Below, piece after piece: positions 1-8,090 of a stretch of 20,000 bases of DNA. Each line of letters opens with the position of its first letter. Position 1 is the stretch's first letter. The DNA comes from an uncultured virus (IMG/VR IMGVR_UViG_3300005201_000009) (taxonomy: Duplodnaviria > Heunggongvirae > Uroviricota > Caudoviricetes). The translations under genes were made by a program, and so were the position numbers. The stretch lies in the IMG/VR virus record IMGVR_UViG_3300005201_000009; one strand, given 5' to 3'. Under the pieces are notes generated by a model, which was given only the letters and a program-made list of their open reading frames with translations, ran no database searches and had not been told where the DNA came from.

Positions 1-587
1 CTGCCGCCGTATAAAAGGCTTTGTACCAGCCCTTCGGCGTTCCTGCCGGCCAACCCGTTCTGCAACATATCGTCACGTATAATATCAAGCTGTTTCGGCT
101 CCAGCCGGGGATTGCGTATGCGCATCCCGTTCAGCAGAGGAGATTTGCCTTTTTTATTGATAATGGTTTCAGAAAGCCCTTTTTGGCTGTAAATGGCCGC
201 CGCTTCCCACGGGCTGATGTACAGGTTGGGCGTTACCACGTTCATTGTTGACGGATCTTGCCCCGTCACACCGCTCATGGTCGGCAGGTTAGCCATTGCG
301 TCGCGCACGGTTGCGGTAACCGGTTGCGATGTTTTCCAGTTATTAATTACGAGCGGGACGAGCTCGGCGCTTCGTTCTTGCGCGTCTTTAAGGCTGCACA
401 GCTTTATCCCGTGCCGCTGCCGCGCCGCTTTTTCCTCTGCTTCGATCAAGATATTGATTTCTTCGTGTTTGGTGTACGGCAGCGCCTTAAAATGCACGCT
501 GTCCCTAACAGATATCTCCGTGCCTTGATAGCGCGTGGACGTGTTCGCCCGATTGATAATCCGCCAAATATTCTGCCAGAGAGACAT
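1..587 (-). CDS. Phage portal protein, DUF1073/HI1409-like (5' part; runs off the window)
   Basis: Not in the ORF track because it has no stop in the window. ATG at 587 overlaps the upstream stop (TAATG). Hand translation gives MSLWQNIWRII...AAIYSQKGLSETIINKKAK...EGLVQSLLYGG, resembling DUF1073 portal motifs. Lies downstream of terL. Confidence 0.7.
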   Translation of the reverse strand, partial: MSLWQNIWRIINRANTSTRYQGTEISVRDSVHFKALPYTKHEEINILIEAEEKAARQRHGIKLCSLKDAQERSAELVPLVINNWKTSQPVTATVRDAMANLPTMSGVTGQDPSTMNVVTPNLYISPWEAAAIYSQKGLSETIINKKGKSPLLNGMRIRNPRLEPKQLDIIRDDMLQNGLAGRNAEGLVQSLLYGG

Positions 588-1300
588 TACCGTTCCTCCC
601 GCAGCCGCGTTGCCAATACCACAATGTAACGCTCATTTTTTGCAATGCACTGTTTAACCACACCGATGCGCCACTCGTCCTTGGCTTCTGTGAATATCCC
701 TAAATACTTCTCATAGACCGATTTTTTCCGTTCGCACGTCATTTTTACTTCACGCCCAACACGATTCAACCACGCGTCAATACAAGCTATTATTTTCCCG
801 TTAATGTCATCCCACGCAGGCAGCGTACCTTCCTTGCAGTTGGTATCGTCAGAAGCATATGAAAGCGATATATATTCGTCTTTCATTGCACAAATAATAC
901 GGCTACGATAAGCATCGTAATTCTCCGGCATAAGCTCAGTCGTAAAGTGATTATTAGATACACTCTCGAAAAGCGGAAACTGTATCACCGACGAAAGCGC
1001 TACACGCGCCATCGTACATATCCTGTACTCACGAAAAATGCCGTTCATGCTTTTTCTAATGCTACCGGTAATATTACGCATATTTTTCCGGCATAAATCA
1101 TCCAAATCGCGTATTTTCTCATTCATATCGTGCATAGTGCCTTGATTATGCTGCTCTAACTTGATAGGCCCGATAGACACAATGCCCAGCCTCTTCACCA
1201 GCAGGGTGACAATTAGCGACACCGTCACCAGAATAATCACCGCCGCGCCCGACAGCGCTGCAATATTCGGCACTGTCGTCAAATCTATCTCTACCTGCAC
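587..1300 (-). CDS. Hypothetical protein with N-terminal transmembrane segment
   Basis: 237-aa ORF; GTG start directly after the upstream TAG with AGGAGG RBS; hydrophobic stretch AALSGAAVIILVTVSLIVTLLV. Confidence 0.8.
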   Translation of the reverse strand: MQVEIDLTTVPNIAALSGAAVIILVTVSLIVTLLVKRLGIVSIGPIKLEQHNQGTMHDMNEKIRDLDDLCRKNMRNITGSIRKSMNGIFREYRICTMARVALSSVIQFPLFESVSNNHFTTELMPENYDAYRSRIICAMKDEYISLSYASDDTNCKEGTLPAWDDINGKIIACIDAWLNRVGREVKMTCERKKSVYEKYLGIFTEAKDEWRIGVVKQCIAKNERYIVVLATRLREER

Positions 1301-1585
1301 CTACGGTTCCTCCTGAAACGTTCGCCGCCTACGCCCCACCATCGGCACGTCTTTACGAACGCGCGATATCTGCACCCGCTCAACGTCGGGCCGGTCTATG
1401 CCTGCAATATAGATAGCCTGCGCGTCATTGGGCGCAGCATACTCCTTCGATATACCATCCTCAAAATCAATGCGGTATATATTGCGCATAAGTACTACGC
1501 GCTCCATATGCCCAGAATCGCCCGGCTCGTCGTCAGGGCCGGAGATAATAATATCGTCGCCAGTATTGGTGTCGTTATCAGCCAT
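1301..1585 (-). CDS. Hypothetical protein (94 aa, acidic N-terminus)
   Basis: ATG at 1585 lies 5 nt after a predicted -10 box; abuts the next gene. Confidence 0.7.
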   Translation of the reverse strand: MADNDTNTGDDIIISGPDDEPGDSGHMERVVLMRNIYRIDFEDGISKEYAAPNDAQAIYIAGIDRPDVERVQISRVRKDVPMVGRRRRTFQEEP

Positions 1586-1590
1586 GCCGC

Positions 1591-1618
1591 ACCGTACCAC
1601 GGATTTTCAGAATGTCAA
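1591..1618 (-). promoter_or_regulatory. Sigma70-like promoter, copy 1 of a repeated packaging-gene promoter
   Basis: Minus strand TTGACA-ttctgaaaatccgtgg(16)-TACGGT with TGn extension; near-identical to 4978..5005. Confidence 0.6.
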
Positions 1619-1658
1619 GTGTTTTGGGAACGAATTATTTATTTTTAGACAGAAGAAG

Positions 1659-4247
1659 TCAGGGTGCCCTCTTAATGAAGGCGCCGGGGTCGATTTCAAC
1701 ATAGCCGCCGTCAAGGCGTTTAACCGATGGCGTTTTAGCCGCGTCGTCACGCAAAGACGCCCTTTTATCCGCGATGAGCTTACGTATATCGGCAAAGTCG
1801 GGGTGCGTGGCCACAATATGTACTGCGGCGTAGCGCGCACCGTCCAAGGTGTGAATAGGACTGCTTTTACCTACTCCTTTTGGGATTTTGTTGTCCTTGT
1901 CCCGCATAGCAAGATTAAGTGCCTCGGCAACGTCTTTGGCAATTTTACAAACTATGAACCGACTCAGATAGCATAACTTGCTGACCAAGAAACACGAATC
2001 CTCTACCAGCGGGCTTTTTTTCTTGTAAATAATCTTAATATTGTACCGACGCAACTCTTGCGCCATAGACGGGAATGTGTCCTTTATAGTCACATCCGGC
2101 AGCCATTTGATTTCCTGCTCGGGAAAGTCGTGCCGCACAACACTCGCCGCGTCGTCGAGACTGGGGAAGTCATAGTGTTTTATGCAGTATATCACACCGC
2201 CGCGCACGACGTACGCAGAGCCGCGATTATAGCCGGTATTCACATCCTGCGCCCAATAAACTACCTCATCAGGCCTTAATTTAATATCCAAATCATAACC
2301 GACGTAATTGCGCGCCCAATCAAACCCCGGGATAACCCGCCCCTTGGCAATCGATAGAAACTCGCCGTGCATGAACACCTCGCGCTCCTCGGGGGTGTAC
2401 ATTTTGTACATGTCTTCGATGAGACTTTTTGGTAAAAACGGGTTGTGCTCAGTCCACCCTCTAATAAGAACGAACGCGATACCCGTCTTCTTAAAATGAC
2501 AGTATACCGCGTATAGCCCCTTCTGGCCTTGTGATGTGCTCGCAAAACAATTATGGACTAGAAACTTGTTTGTAAAAAACTCGTGCTCGTCTTCAACAGT
2601 TATATCATACACGGACTCTAATTTTCGCAGCGCGTGTAGGGGAACAAGTTTTTGCATGCCTTCTTTTACGTGTCCTAAAAGCTTTTCCACAAATGATGCA
2701 CGCTCTATCCTCAAAAAACTTTCTTCCAAACCCAGGTTTATCAATTGTTCTAATCTTATCACGGCATCTCTGAGAGCAGAAGTGAGACGGCAATTTTGAT
2801 ATATATTTTGTTTTACAAACAAAGCACTCACATTCGTAGTGTCCCGCACCTCTTTCTCTGCTTTTTTCACGAGCGGCTTCTTTAGCCTGCCTGTTCCTAC
2901 GAAGCCTTCTACAAGTTTCACACCTAACACGCTGCTCCGCGCCTGTCGTAAAAACAGCCCTACAATCGACACAAACCTTCCTAATCGAGACTTTGTTCCA
3001 AACACCTGTATAGGTTCCTTGACTTCGCTTTTTGTCGCGTTCTTTACACTGGTTTTTACGTCTGACTGTCTGGCATCTATCACACCTAATCTTGTTTTTT
3101 CCGTCTGTGATAACCATTTCTCCACAATCAACACAAGGTCTATAGTAAAAGCTCTGTTTATTTCCTCCGTGATATACGTTGTGTTGGTGCTCTGTAACGC
3201 AGTCCAAGTTTTCAATAGTGTTATTAGCTGTGTTAAAATCTTTATGGTGTATAACCATTCCTGCTGAAACCGCCCCGTGAACGCTTTCCCATACAGCCAC
3301 ATGCAGTGCCTTAGATCTTTCACCCTTAGACGCAATAGACCTGTAATATCCTTGAGGCTTTTTAGGGTTGTGTTGCCAATAGTATCTAACCCCATTAAAA
3401 GCAACAGAGCTTCGTTTGTCTTTTTCAAACAATTTTGTATCTTTTGCCACTGCTTTACTCTCCGTAATGAAATTGATAATAAATGCTCATTGTTCTTTAT
3501 CGTTCCAACTTCTTGCCAATCTTTTATGCTCTCATTCCACACTGTGTGATCTGGTGTTAAGGGAACGCCGTGAACACGAACTATCTCTCGATACCCTGTG
3601 TTGTACTTACCGATAATCCTTCGCCATCCGCGTCGAGTAAGCACAAAATCCCCAACACTAATGTCTACTATGCGGCATAAAAAAGGATCGGTCAACCCGT
3701 ATATACGTTTTACATCTACTTTTCTACATATAATCTTTGCATTCCCTCCCAGGCAAGTGCACGGCCCCCGCTCACCAGGTATCACCTGCCGGCAGCGCTC
3801 GTTTAGCGCTTTGGTCGCTTCCAGCATTTTATCCGTCGTAAGCTCGTCCGCTTCCTCGACGTAAATCTTATGCACATCCAGCCCGAATATCTCGCCGGGG
3901 TTCTCCAACGGCTGCAACAGCACCGTCACCGTGCCGATAGTGAAGTAGTTGAATTTCTTATTCTCGATATACGGAGTCTTGCTGTCGTCCAAATACTGCC
4001 GGAAATATATTAAAAACGTCTTTTCCAAGTGGCTGAGCGTGATGCCGCAAACCATGAGACGCACGTAGTCACCGGCACGGTCTTTCTTTCCTTGAAGCCT
4101 TTTTACATCGTACAGCACATGTAAGACGTTGGCGCGCGTTTTACCTGCCCCATAACCGCAACAAAGGAAGAACCACTTTACTTTATGAAATAAAGACGGC
4201 GCTTGCATATAATAACTTTGGTGTGGTAAAACGATCGCTCTTTTCAC
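1659..4247 (-). CDS. terL: Terminase large subunit, intein-containing
   Basis: Walker A CGYGAGKT, Walker B IYVEEAD, coupling-motif region FASTSQG, nuclease motifs WAQDVN and HTLDGARYA. GTG at 4247 is 6 nt from AAGGAGG, whereas the track's TTG at 4253 abuts the RBS. Confidence 0.92.
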   Translation of the reverse strand: MKRAIVLPHQSYYMQAPSLFHKVKWFFLCCGYGAGKTRANVLHVLYDVKRLQGKKDRAGDYVRLMVCGITLSHLEKTFLIYFRQYLDDSKTPYIENKKFNYFTIGTVTVLLQPLENPGEIFGLDVHKIYVEEADELTTDKMLEATKALNERCRQVIPGERGPCTCLGGNAKIICRKVDVKRIYGLTDPFLCRIVDISVGDFVLTRRGWRRIIGKYNTGYREIVRVHGVPLTPDHTVWNESIKDWQEVGTIKNNEHLLSISLRRVKQWQKIQNCLKKTNEALLLLMGLDTIGNTTLKSLKDITGLLRLRVKDLRHCMWLYGKAFTGRFQQEWLYTIKILTQLITLLKTWTALQSTNTTYITEEINRAFTIDLVLIVEKWLSQTEKTRLGVIDARQSDVKTSVKNATKSEVKEPIQVFGTKSRLGRFVSIVGLFLRQARSSVLGVKLVEGFVGTGRLKKPLVKKAEKEVRDTTNVSALFVKQNIYQNCRLTSALRDAVIRLEQLINLGLEESFLRIERASFVEKLLGHVKEGMQKLVPLHALRKLESVYDITVEDEHEFFTNKFLVHNCFASTSQGQKGLYAVYCHFKKTGIAFVLIRGWTEHNPFLPKSLIEDMYKMYTPEEREVFMHGEFLSIAKGRVIPGFDWARNYVGYDLDIKLRPDEVVYWAQDVNTGYNRGSAYVVRGGVIYCIKHYDFPSLDDAASVVRHDFPEQEIKWLPDVTIKDTFPSMAQELRRYNIKIIYKKKSPLVEDSCFLVSKLCYLSRFIVCKIAKDVAEALNLAMRDKDNKIPKGVGKSSPIHTLDGARYAAVHIVATHPDFADIRKLIADKRASLRDDAAKTPSVKRLDGGYVEIDPGAFIKRAP
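2550..3755 (-). mobile_element. Intein (402 aa) in terL
   Basis: N-terminal block A CLGGNAKI after extein GPCT; block B LTPDHTVW; block F VYDITVEDEHEFF; block G LVHN followed by Cys+1 (CFAS). Removal restores GPCT|CFASTSQG. Confidence 0.93.
2605..3450 (-). CDS. HNH homing endonuclease with C-terminal Cys-x2-Cys zinc-finger repeats, in an alternative frame inside the intein
   Basis: 281-aa ORF with LHVAVWESVHG...IHHKDFNTANNTIENLDCVTEHQHNVYH (HNH_3-type) and several CxxC pairs; own GGAG RBS before GTG at 3450; frame differs from terL. Confidence 0.88.
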   Translation of the reverse strand: MAKDTKLFEKDKRSSVAFNGVRYYWQHNPKKPQGYYRSIASKGERSKALHVAVWESVHGAVSAGMVIHHKDFNTANNTIENLDCVTEHQHNVYHGGNKQSFYYRPCVDCGEMVITDGKNKIRCDRCQTVRRKNQCKERDKKRSQGTYTGVWNKVSIRKVCVDCRAVFTTGAEQRVRCETCRRLRRNRQAKEAAREKSRERGAGHYECECFVCKTKYISKLPSHFCSQRCRDKIRTIDKPGFGRKFFEDRACIICGKAFRTRKRRHAKTCSPTRAAKIRVRV

Positions 4248-4278
4248 GATCAACCTCCTTTGCGCTTAGGCACTGGAA

Positions 4279-4968
4279 TCACCTCTCCACTATCTCGCCA
4301 TTCTCAAGCACGTCAAAAGCCGGCTCATCGTCATTGTCTCTATCGCGGCCCTTAGTGCGCAACTTCCCGCTCAAACCTTCCGGCAAGTCTTCTTTAGTCC
4401 CGATAAGAGCGTCGAAACCCTCGTCGCTCGTGTCGCCACCGCTTATCTCTATCAAAGGCAATTTCTCAAACTCCTCCCGCGTCACCGGCACAAACGTCAA
4501 GTACACAGAGTCCTTCTCGACATCCCCTACCACCTCAGCCATTTCCTTGCGCAAATCGCGCCGCGCCTGTGCAGCCTTGAAGCGCATGGTGAGCATGTCT
4601 TTATCAATCGGACTTTTGCCATCGCGCTCGCTGGGGTGTCTGTAATCGCTGCCTGAGATGCCTTTGCCTGCCGCAATGCCTGCCAGAGTCTCCAACTCTT
4701 CCATCTCCGCAAGGCATTGCTCGGCATAAATGCTTTTCGTCTCTCTCTGGTACTCATCGTCAGCAAGCACCATAGCGCGCAAGCGCTTATCCGCTACTTT
4801 GTTGTAGTCGAGCGCAAGAGAGTCGTTATTTATTTTGCGGTAGGATTCGATGCAGCGGCGCACCAATGCCCGGAACGGATCGTCAGGCTCTTCCGGCGGG
4901 GCAGAAAAATCGACAAATTCTTCTTCGGGGGGCTTTAGTATCTCGAGTTTCTTTTCTCTCCTTGCCAC
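4279..4968 (-). CDS. Probable terminase small subunit
   Basis: 229-aa helical, acidic ORF immediately upstream of terL; function assigned from position only. Confidence 0.55.
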   Translation of the reverse strand: MARREKKLEILKPPEEEFVDFSAPPEEPDDPFRALVRRCIESYRKINNDSLALDYNKVADKRLRAMVLADDEYQRETKSIYAEQCLAEMEELETLAGIAAGKGISGSDYRHPSERDGKSPIDKDMLTMRFKAAQARRDLRKEMAEVVGDVEKDSVYLTFVPVTREEFEKLPLIEISGGDTSDEGFDALIGTKEDLPEGLSGKLRTKGRDRDNDDEPAFDVLENGEIVER

Positions 4969-4977
4969 AGTGCGGAC

Positions 4978-5005
4978 ACCGTAGCACGGATTTTCAAAAA
5001 GTCAA
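4978..5005 (-). promoter_or_regulatory. Sigma70-like promoter, copy 2 of the repeated packaging-gene promoter
   Basis: Minus strand TTGACT-ttttgaaaatccgtgc(16)-TACGGT, 9 nt upstream of the GTG at 4968. Confidence 0.6.
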
Positions 5006-5164
5006 GAGTTTTGAGATCAAATTATTATTCCGCACAACACGCGCTATTTAGCACAGAATGTTAACAACGCGCCGCAAAAAATACACAAAAGGCCGCCGGA
5101 ACTCCGCAGATACTACCAAGAACAGAGGCTGCCATAAAGGCAGCTTTTCCGGCGGCCAGCACAA

Positions 5165-6682
5165 TCACGAAGCCTTCTCCTCCGGCTTAACGTACGGCCC
5201 GAAGTCCCAGCGCTCGCACCCAATAAATAGGTCCTCGTCGTTTTTGAGTGCTGTAATCGTACGCATTATACCGTAAATCCTTATCTGCTCATAGACTCGG
5301 TGTATCGCGGGACTGCTAAACGGCCAGTGCGCCGGCTCCGGCGGAAACGGATCTTCGTATTCGGGATCGTCGAACAGGCTACCGTTATACGGATTTCCAT
5401 CGTACGGCAAAGTGGGCAGCAAGCGCCACTCGTCGCGCCCCCTGGTCGGGCACGTGGTGGTAGGCGCGTTTGCCGGACCGAAAGGCGGCCTGCCTTCATA
5501 CATCTCCAAAATTTCCTCTTGTATCCTGTCGAGATCTTTTTCACTCAAACTGCCGTCCTCGTTTTCACGCGCCTTATACAGCACGTCAAGGTTCTCCGAC
5601 CATTGCATGTACTCCTCCCGCACAAATTTAAGCGCGTCAAGCGAGTCTTTTACCGGGCGTCCAAGCTCTGCGGCAAACTCCTTTACGTAGTCGATAAACT
5701 CCCATATCTCCTTCTTCTCCTCGTACTTCGCGCGATCCGCCAAAGCCTTCTCGCGCTTCGCCTGCTGCGCCCGCTCCTTCGCCTCGGCGCGCACCTTTGC
5801 TTTCTCCGCGTTTCTCCGCAGCAACACTGCCGCCGTGTCCGTCTCGTCGTCGTCCGACGGCACTTGCGGCTTAGCGGGGCTCCTGTCCTCAATCATGCCG
5901 GTCTTAGGGCCTTCCAAGAATTTCTGGTTGGCGTTCGCCATTATCATCGACGATTTCCACTTGCGGTAGTCGTCGAACCTTATTTTTTCGCGGCGTCCGA
6001 ATCTGCCTAACAGCGGCATAAACTCCTTTTCCAGCGAATCCGTTATGTACGGCGACAGCACGTTATATTTATCCAAACTCGCCGGCGCGATGCGCAGGAA
6101 CTCGCCGTTGGCGTCGTAAATGACCAGAAACCGTTTGCGCCCGTTTACGCGATCCCACAGCGCGTACACCCTCCCACCGTCCTCCTTTTCAGTGTAAATC
6201 CTCTCCGTAATTTTCGGTATGCCAATAATACCCGACTCAGGGAACGCCTCGTGCATGCCGCTGATGCCCAGGTTTTCGATATTCTGCACGTCTTCCTTGC
6301 TCATTATCACATAGCCTTCCTGCTGCAAGCGCTCGGCGAACATCTGGCGGTAACGGGCGTCGATGAGCTCAGGGGTGTTCCACGCCTTTTCGATTTTTAG
6401 CAGGTACTGTGTTATTTGCCTGCCTTTCTCATTCCGTTCACTTGCAGCCAGTAACTTAGCCCTGTCCACTGCGAGCAAGTAGTCTTTTTCTGGCCTTCCT
6501 ACCTCACCGGTACTTTCCGTAGACGCTTCAAAGAAATCGTCTCCCTCAACAAATTCGTACTCCTCTACGCGAATACTAAACCACTTCCTAAACTCCGTCT
6601 TAACCCCAAGCGCTTCATGCAGTCCACGGGCGCTCACTAGCTGTTTATTGTCCTGTGCAACAACCTTAATCAATGCATCCAT
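5165..6682 (-). CDS. AntA/AntB-family antirepressor with long C-terminal extension
   Basis: N-terminus VSARGLHEALGVKTEFRKWF...FVEGDDF...KDYLLAVDRAK...NEKGRQITQYLLKIEKAWNTPE is typical of AntA/AntB. ATG at 6682 has an AGGGAG RBS; coiled-coil region further on. Confidence 0.85.
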   Translation of the reverse strand: MDALIKVVAQDNKQLVSARGLHEALGVKTEFRKWFSIRVEEYEFVEGDDFFEASTESTGEVGRPEKDYLLAVDRAKLLAASERNEKGRQITQYLLKIEKAWNTPELIDARYRQMFAERLQQEGYVIMSKEDVQNIENLGISGMHEAFPESGIIGIPKITERIYTEKEDGGRVYALWDRVNGRKRFLVIYDANGEFLRIAPASLDKYNVLSPYITDSLEKEFMPLLGRFGRREKIRFDDYRKWKSSMIMANANQKFLEGPKTGMIEDRSPAKPQVPSDDDETDTAAVLLRRNAEKAKVRAEAKERAQQAKREKALADRAKYEEKKEIWEFIDYVKEFAAELGRPVKDSLDALKFVREEYMQWSENLDVLYKARENEDGSLSEKDLDRIQEEILEMYEGRPPFGPANAPTTTCPTRGRDEWRLLPTLPYDGNPYNGSLFDDPEYEDPFPPEPAHWPFSSPAIHRVYEQIRIYGIMRTITALKNDEDLFIGCERWDFGPYVKPEEKAS

Positions 6683-6749
6683 AATTCTTCTCCCTAATTG
6701 TTTGTAATTTTGCGGCACAACGTACCGCAGTGAAATCGTGCGGGCATAG

Positions 6750-6826
6750 AAAAGCCCTGGTGAACCTGTAAGCCTAGCAGTTTAACAGGAGGCTACCTTG
6801 AAAAGGTGGGCCGATCACCAGGGCAA
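6750..6826 (-). ncRNA. Putative c4/CI-like cloverleaf antisense RNA
   Basis: Closing stem GCCCTGGTGA/TCACCAGGGC (6754-6763, 6815-6824), two inner stem-loops, then a U-tract on the minus strand; located upstream of the antirepressor; one arm is complementary to the 7901-7916 leader segment. Confidence 0.6.
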
Positions 6827-6921
6827 CTTACCCCAATTATATTGTTCCCGGCAAACTGCCGGGGCCGGTTGTTCTATTGCGGCGCATGACGCACTGCAAT
6901 ACCGAGGAGCAGGGTTATATT

Positions 6922-6940
6922 TATTACTATTATAGTAATA
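6922..6940. promoter_or_regulatory. Operator-like palindrome
   Basis: TATTACTAT-T-ATAGTAATA: perfect 9-bp arms with a 1-nt centre. Confidence 0.4.
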
Positions 6941-7081
6941 TATCCCAAATCGCCCAAATCGCGCGCGGTTAACGGTTTGAGCGAGCGCTCCCACAATTCC
7001 GGGTAACTTTTTGAGCAGGAGAATCGCCGGGGGCTTATGGCGTCCCTAAACCCCTAGCGACTCTCCTTTCTTAAAAACTTC

Positions 7082-7873
7082 CTAGCCTACATACTCCCTC
7101 AACAACTCTACAAACTCCTTACAAGTCAACGATTCGGCATGGGGGAATTCGCGGAATAGGTTAGCCGCGAACCATGCGATTTTCTTTGTCGCCGGGTCTT
7201 CACGCCCGGCGCGGCTGGTTATGTAACCCACCGATACATTGGCGGCGCATAGTTCTTTGATCCTCCTTTGTACCGTGGGGGATAACCGCGCGGTATAATC
7301 CGCGAAAAACAAGCGCAAGTTTTGCCTTACCTGGTCGCGGGCGTTCTGTAGCTCTTTATCCATCATCAACTGCGCCGGGTCTTCTTCTGTCTCCCGTGAC
7401 TCCCATGCTGTATACAATGTCCCTAGCACCTTCCCCATTGACCGTGTCGATCGGGTTGCCTTGTCTACCATTTGCGGATAGTGCAGCGTCAACATATCAT
7501 TGTTGACATTGCCGATCATATAATCCGGCGTTGATTCATTGCCTGCGTTGATCCGGTTGATCCGCGCTACCTCACGCGCTGTATTATCCGCGCTTATCGA
7601 TCGGGTGATGCGACAACCGCGATCGCCCACTTGCTCAGCCTCTAGCGCGTCCAGTGCCTGGGCGTAACTGTAGGCCGTGCCCCTGCGCTTTGCGGCCTTG
7701 AGCGCGCCGATAGTATACATAATTGCGGCGTCCTGGGGATCGATACCCCTTGATTCCGCGATCGCCTCAATCTTCCCCCGCCGGGAAGAATCCAAAAACA
7801 ACAATGCACACGCTGTCACACGTGCCATGATCCGGGGCGGCAATTGCCGCATTTGGTTGGTACTGCTACTCAT
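7082..7873 (-). CDS. Hypothetical protein, candidate divergent sigma70-family factor
   Basis: 263 aa with GGAGG RBS. RGIDPQDAAIMYTIGALKAAKR resembles sigma region 2.2 (GlxxeDLiqeGxiGLxkA); DPAQLMMDKE...LSPTVQRRI resembles the entry to region 4. The ORF is well supported; the function is inferred. Confidence 0.5.
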   Translation of the reverse strand: MSSSTNQMRQLPPRIMARVTACALLFLDSSRRGKIEAIAESRGIDPQDAAIMYTIGALKAAKRRGTAYSYAQALDALEAEQVGDRGCRITRSISADNTAREVARINRINAGNESTPDYMIGNVNNDMLTLHYPQMVDKATRSTRSMGKVLGTLYTAWESRETEEDPAQLMMDKELQNARDQVRQNLRLFFADYTARLSPTVQRRIKELCAANVSVGYITSRAGREDPATKKIAWFAANLFREFPHAESLTCKEFVELLREYVG

Positions 7874-7926
7874 AATAGTAACCTCCGATTTAGAATTCGA
7901 TAAACTGCTAGGCTTATCTATCTATC

Positions 7927-7955
7927 ATTATTGCAAATTTTTAATTATTTGTCAA
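7927..7955 (-). promoter_or_regulatory. Sigma70 promoter for the 7873 gene
   Basis: Minus strand TTGACA-N17-AATAAT with TGc extension and AT-rich upstream sequence. Confidence 0.7.
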
Positions 7956-8090
7956 GCGCAAAAACACAAAAAAGTGAAAATTTTTAAATTATTTTTAAAT
8001 GGGTAAATTGGAGAAATTGGGGGCCGCCGGGGACATGGGCCGCCTATGTCTCTTGTGTTACAAACTCTATCATAAACAGCCTTGAGCCTA

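Noticed and set aside
21..629. Plus-strand ORFs 21..251, 193..528 and 258..629
   Set aside because: Antisense shadows of the minus-strand portal gene, which the ORF track missed.
2550..3755. Group I intron rather than intein as the host of the HNH ORF
   Set aside because: The terL frame is uninterrupted and all protein-splicing motifs (Cys1, TxxH, HN/Cys+1) are present.
5030..5060. CACAACACGCGCTATTTAGC as a twelfth motif copy
   Set aside because: Lacks the TTTTACACAC block and the CGT block at 15-nt spacing.
6683..6718. Track start (GTG 6718) for the antirepressor
   Set aside because: ATG 6682 has a proper RBS and coincides with the start of the AntA domain.
6750..6826. Cloverleaf as a tRNA gene
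   Set aside because: Only two inner arms, no TTC T-loop consensus in context, no D-arm or CCA end.
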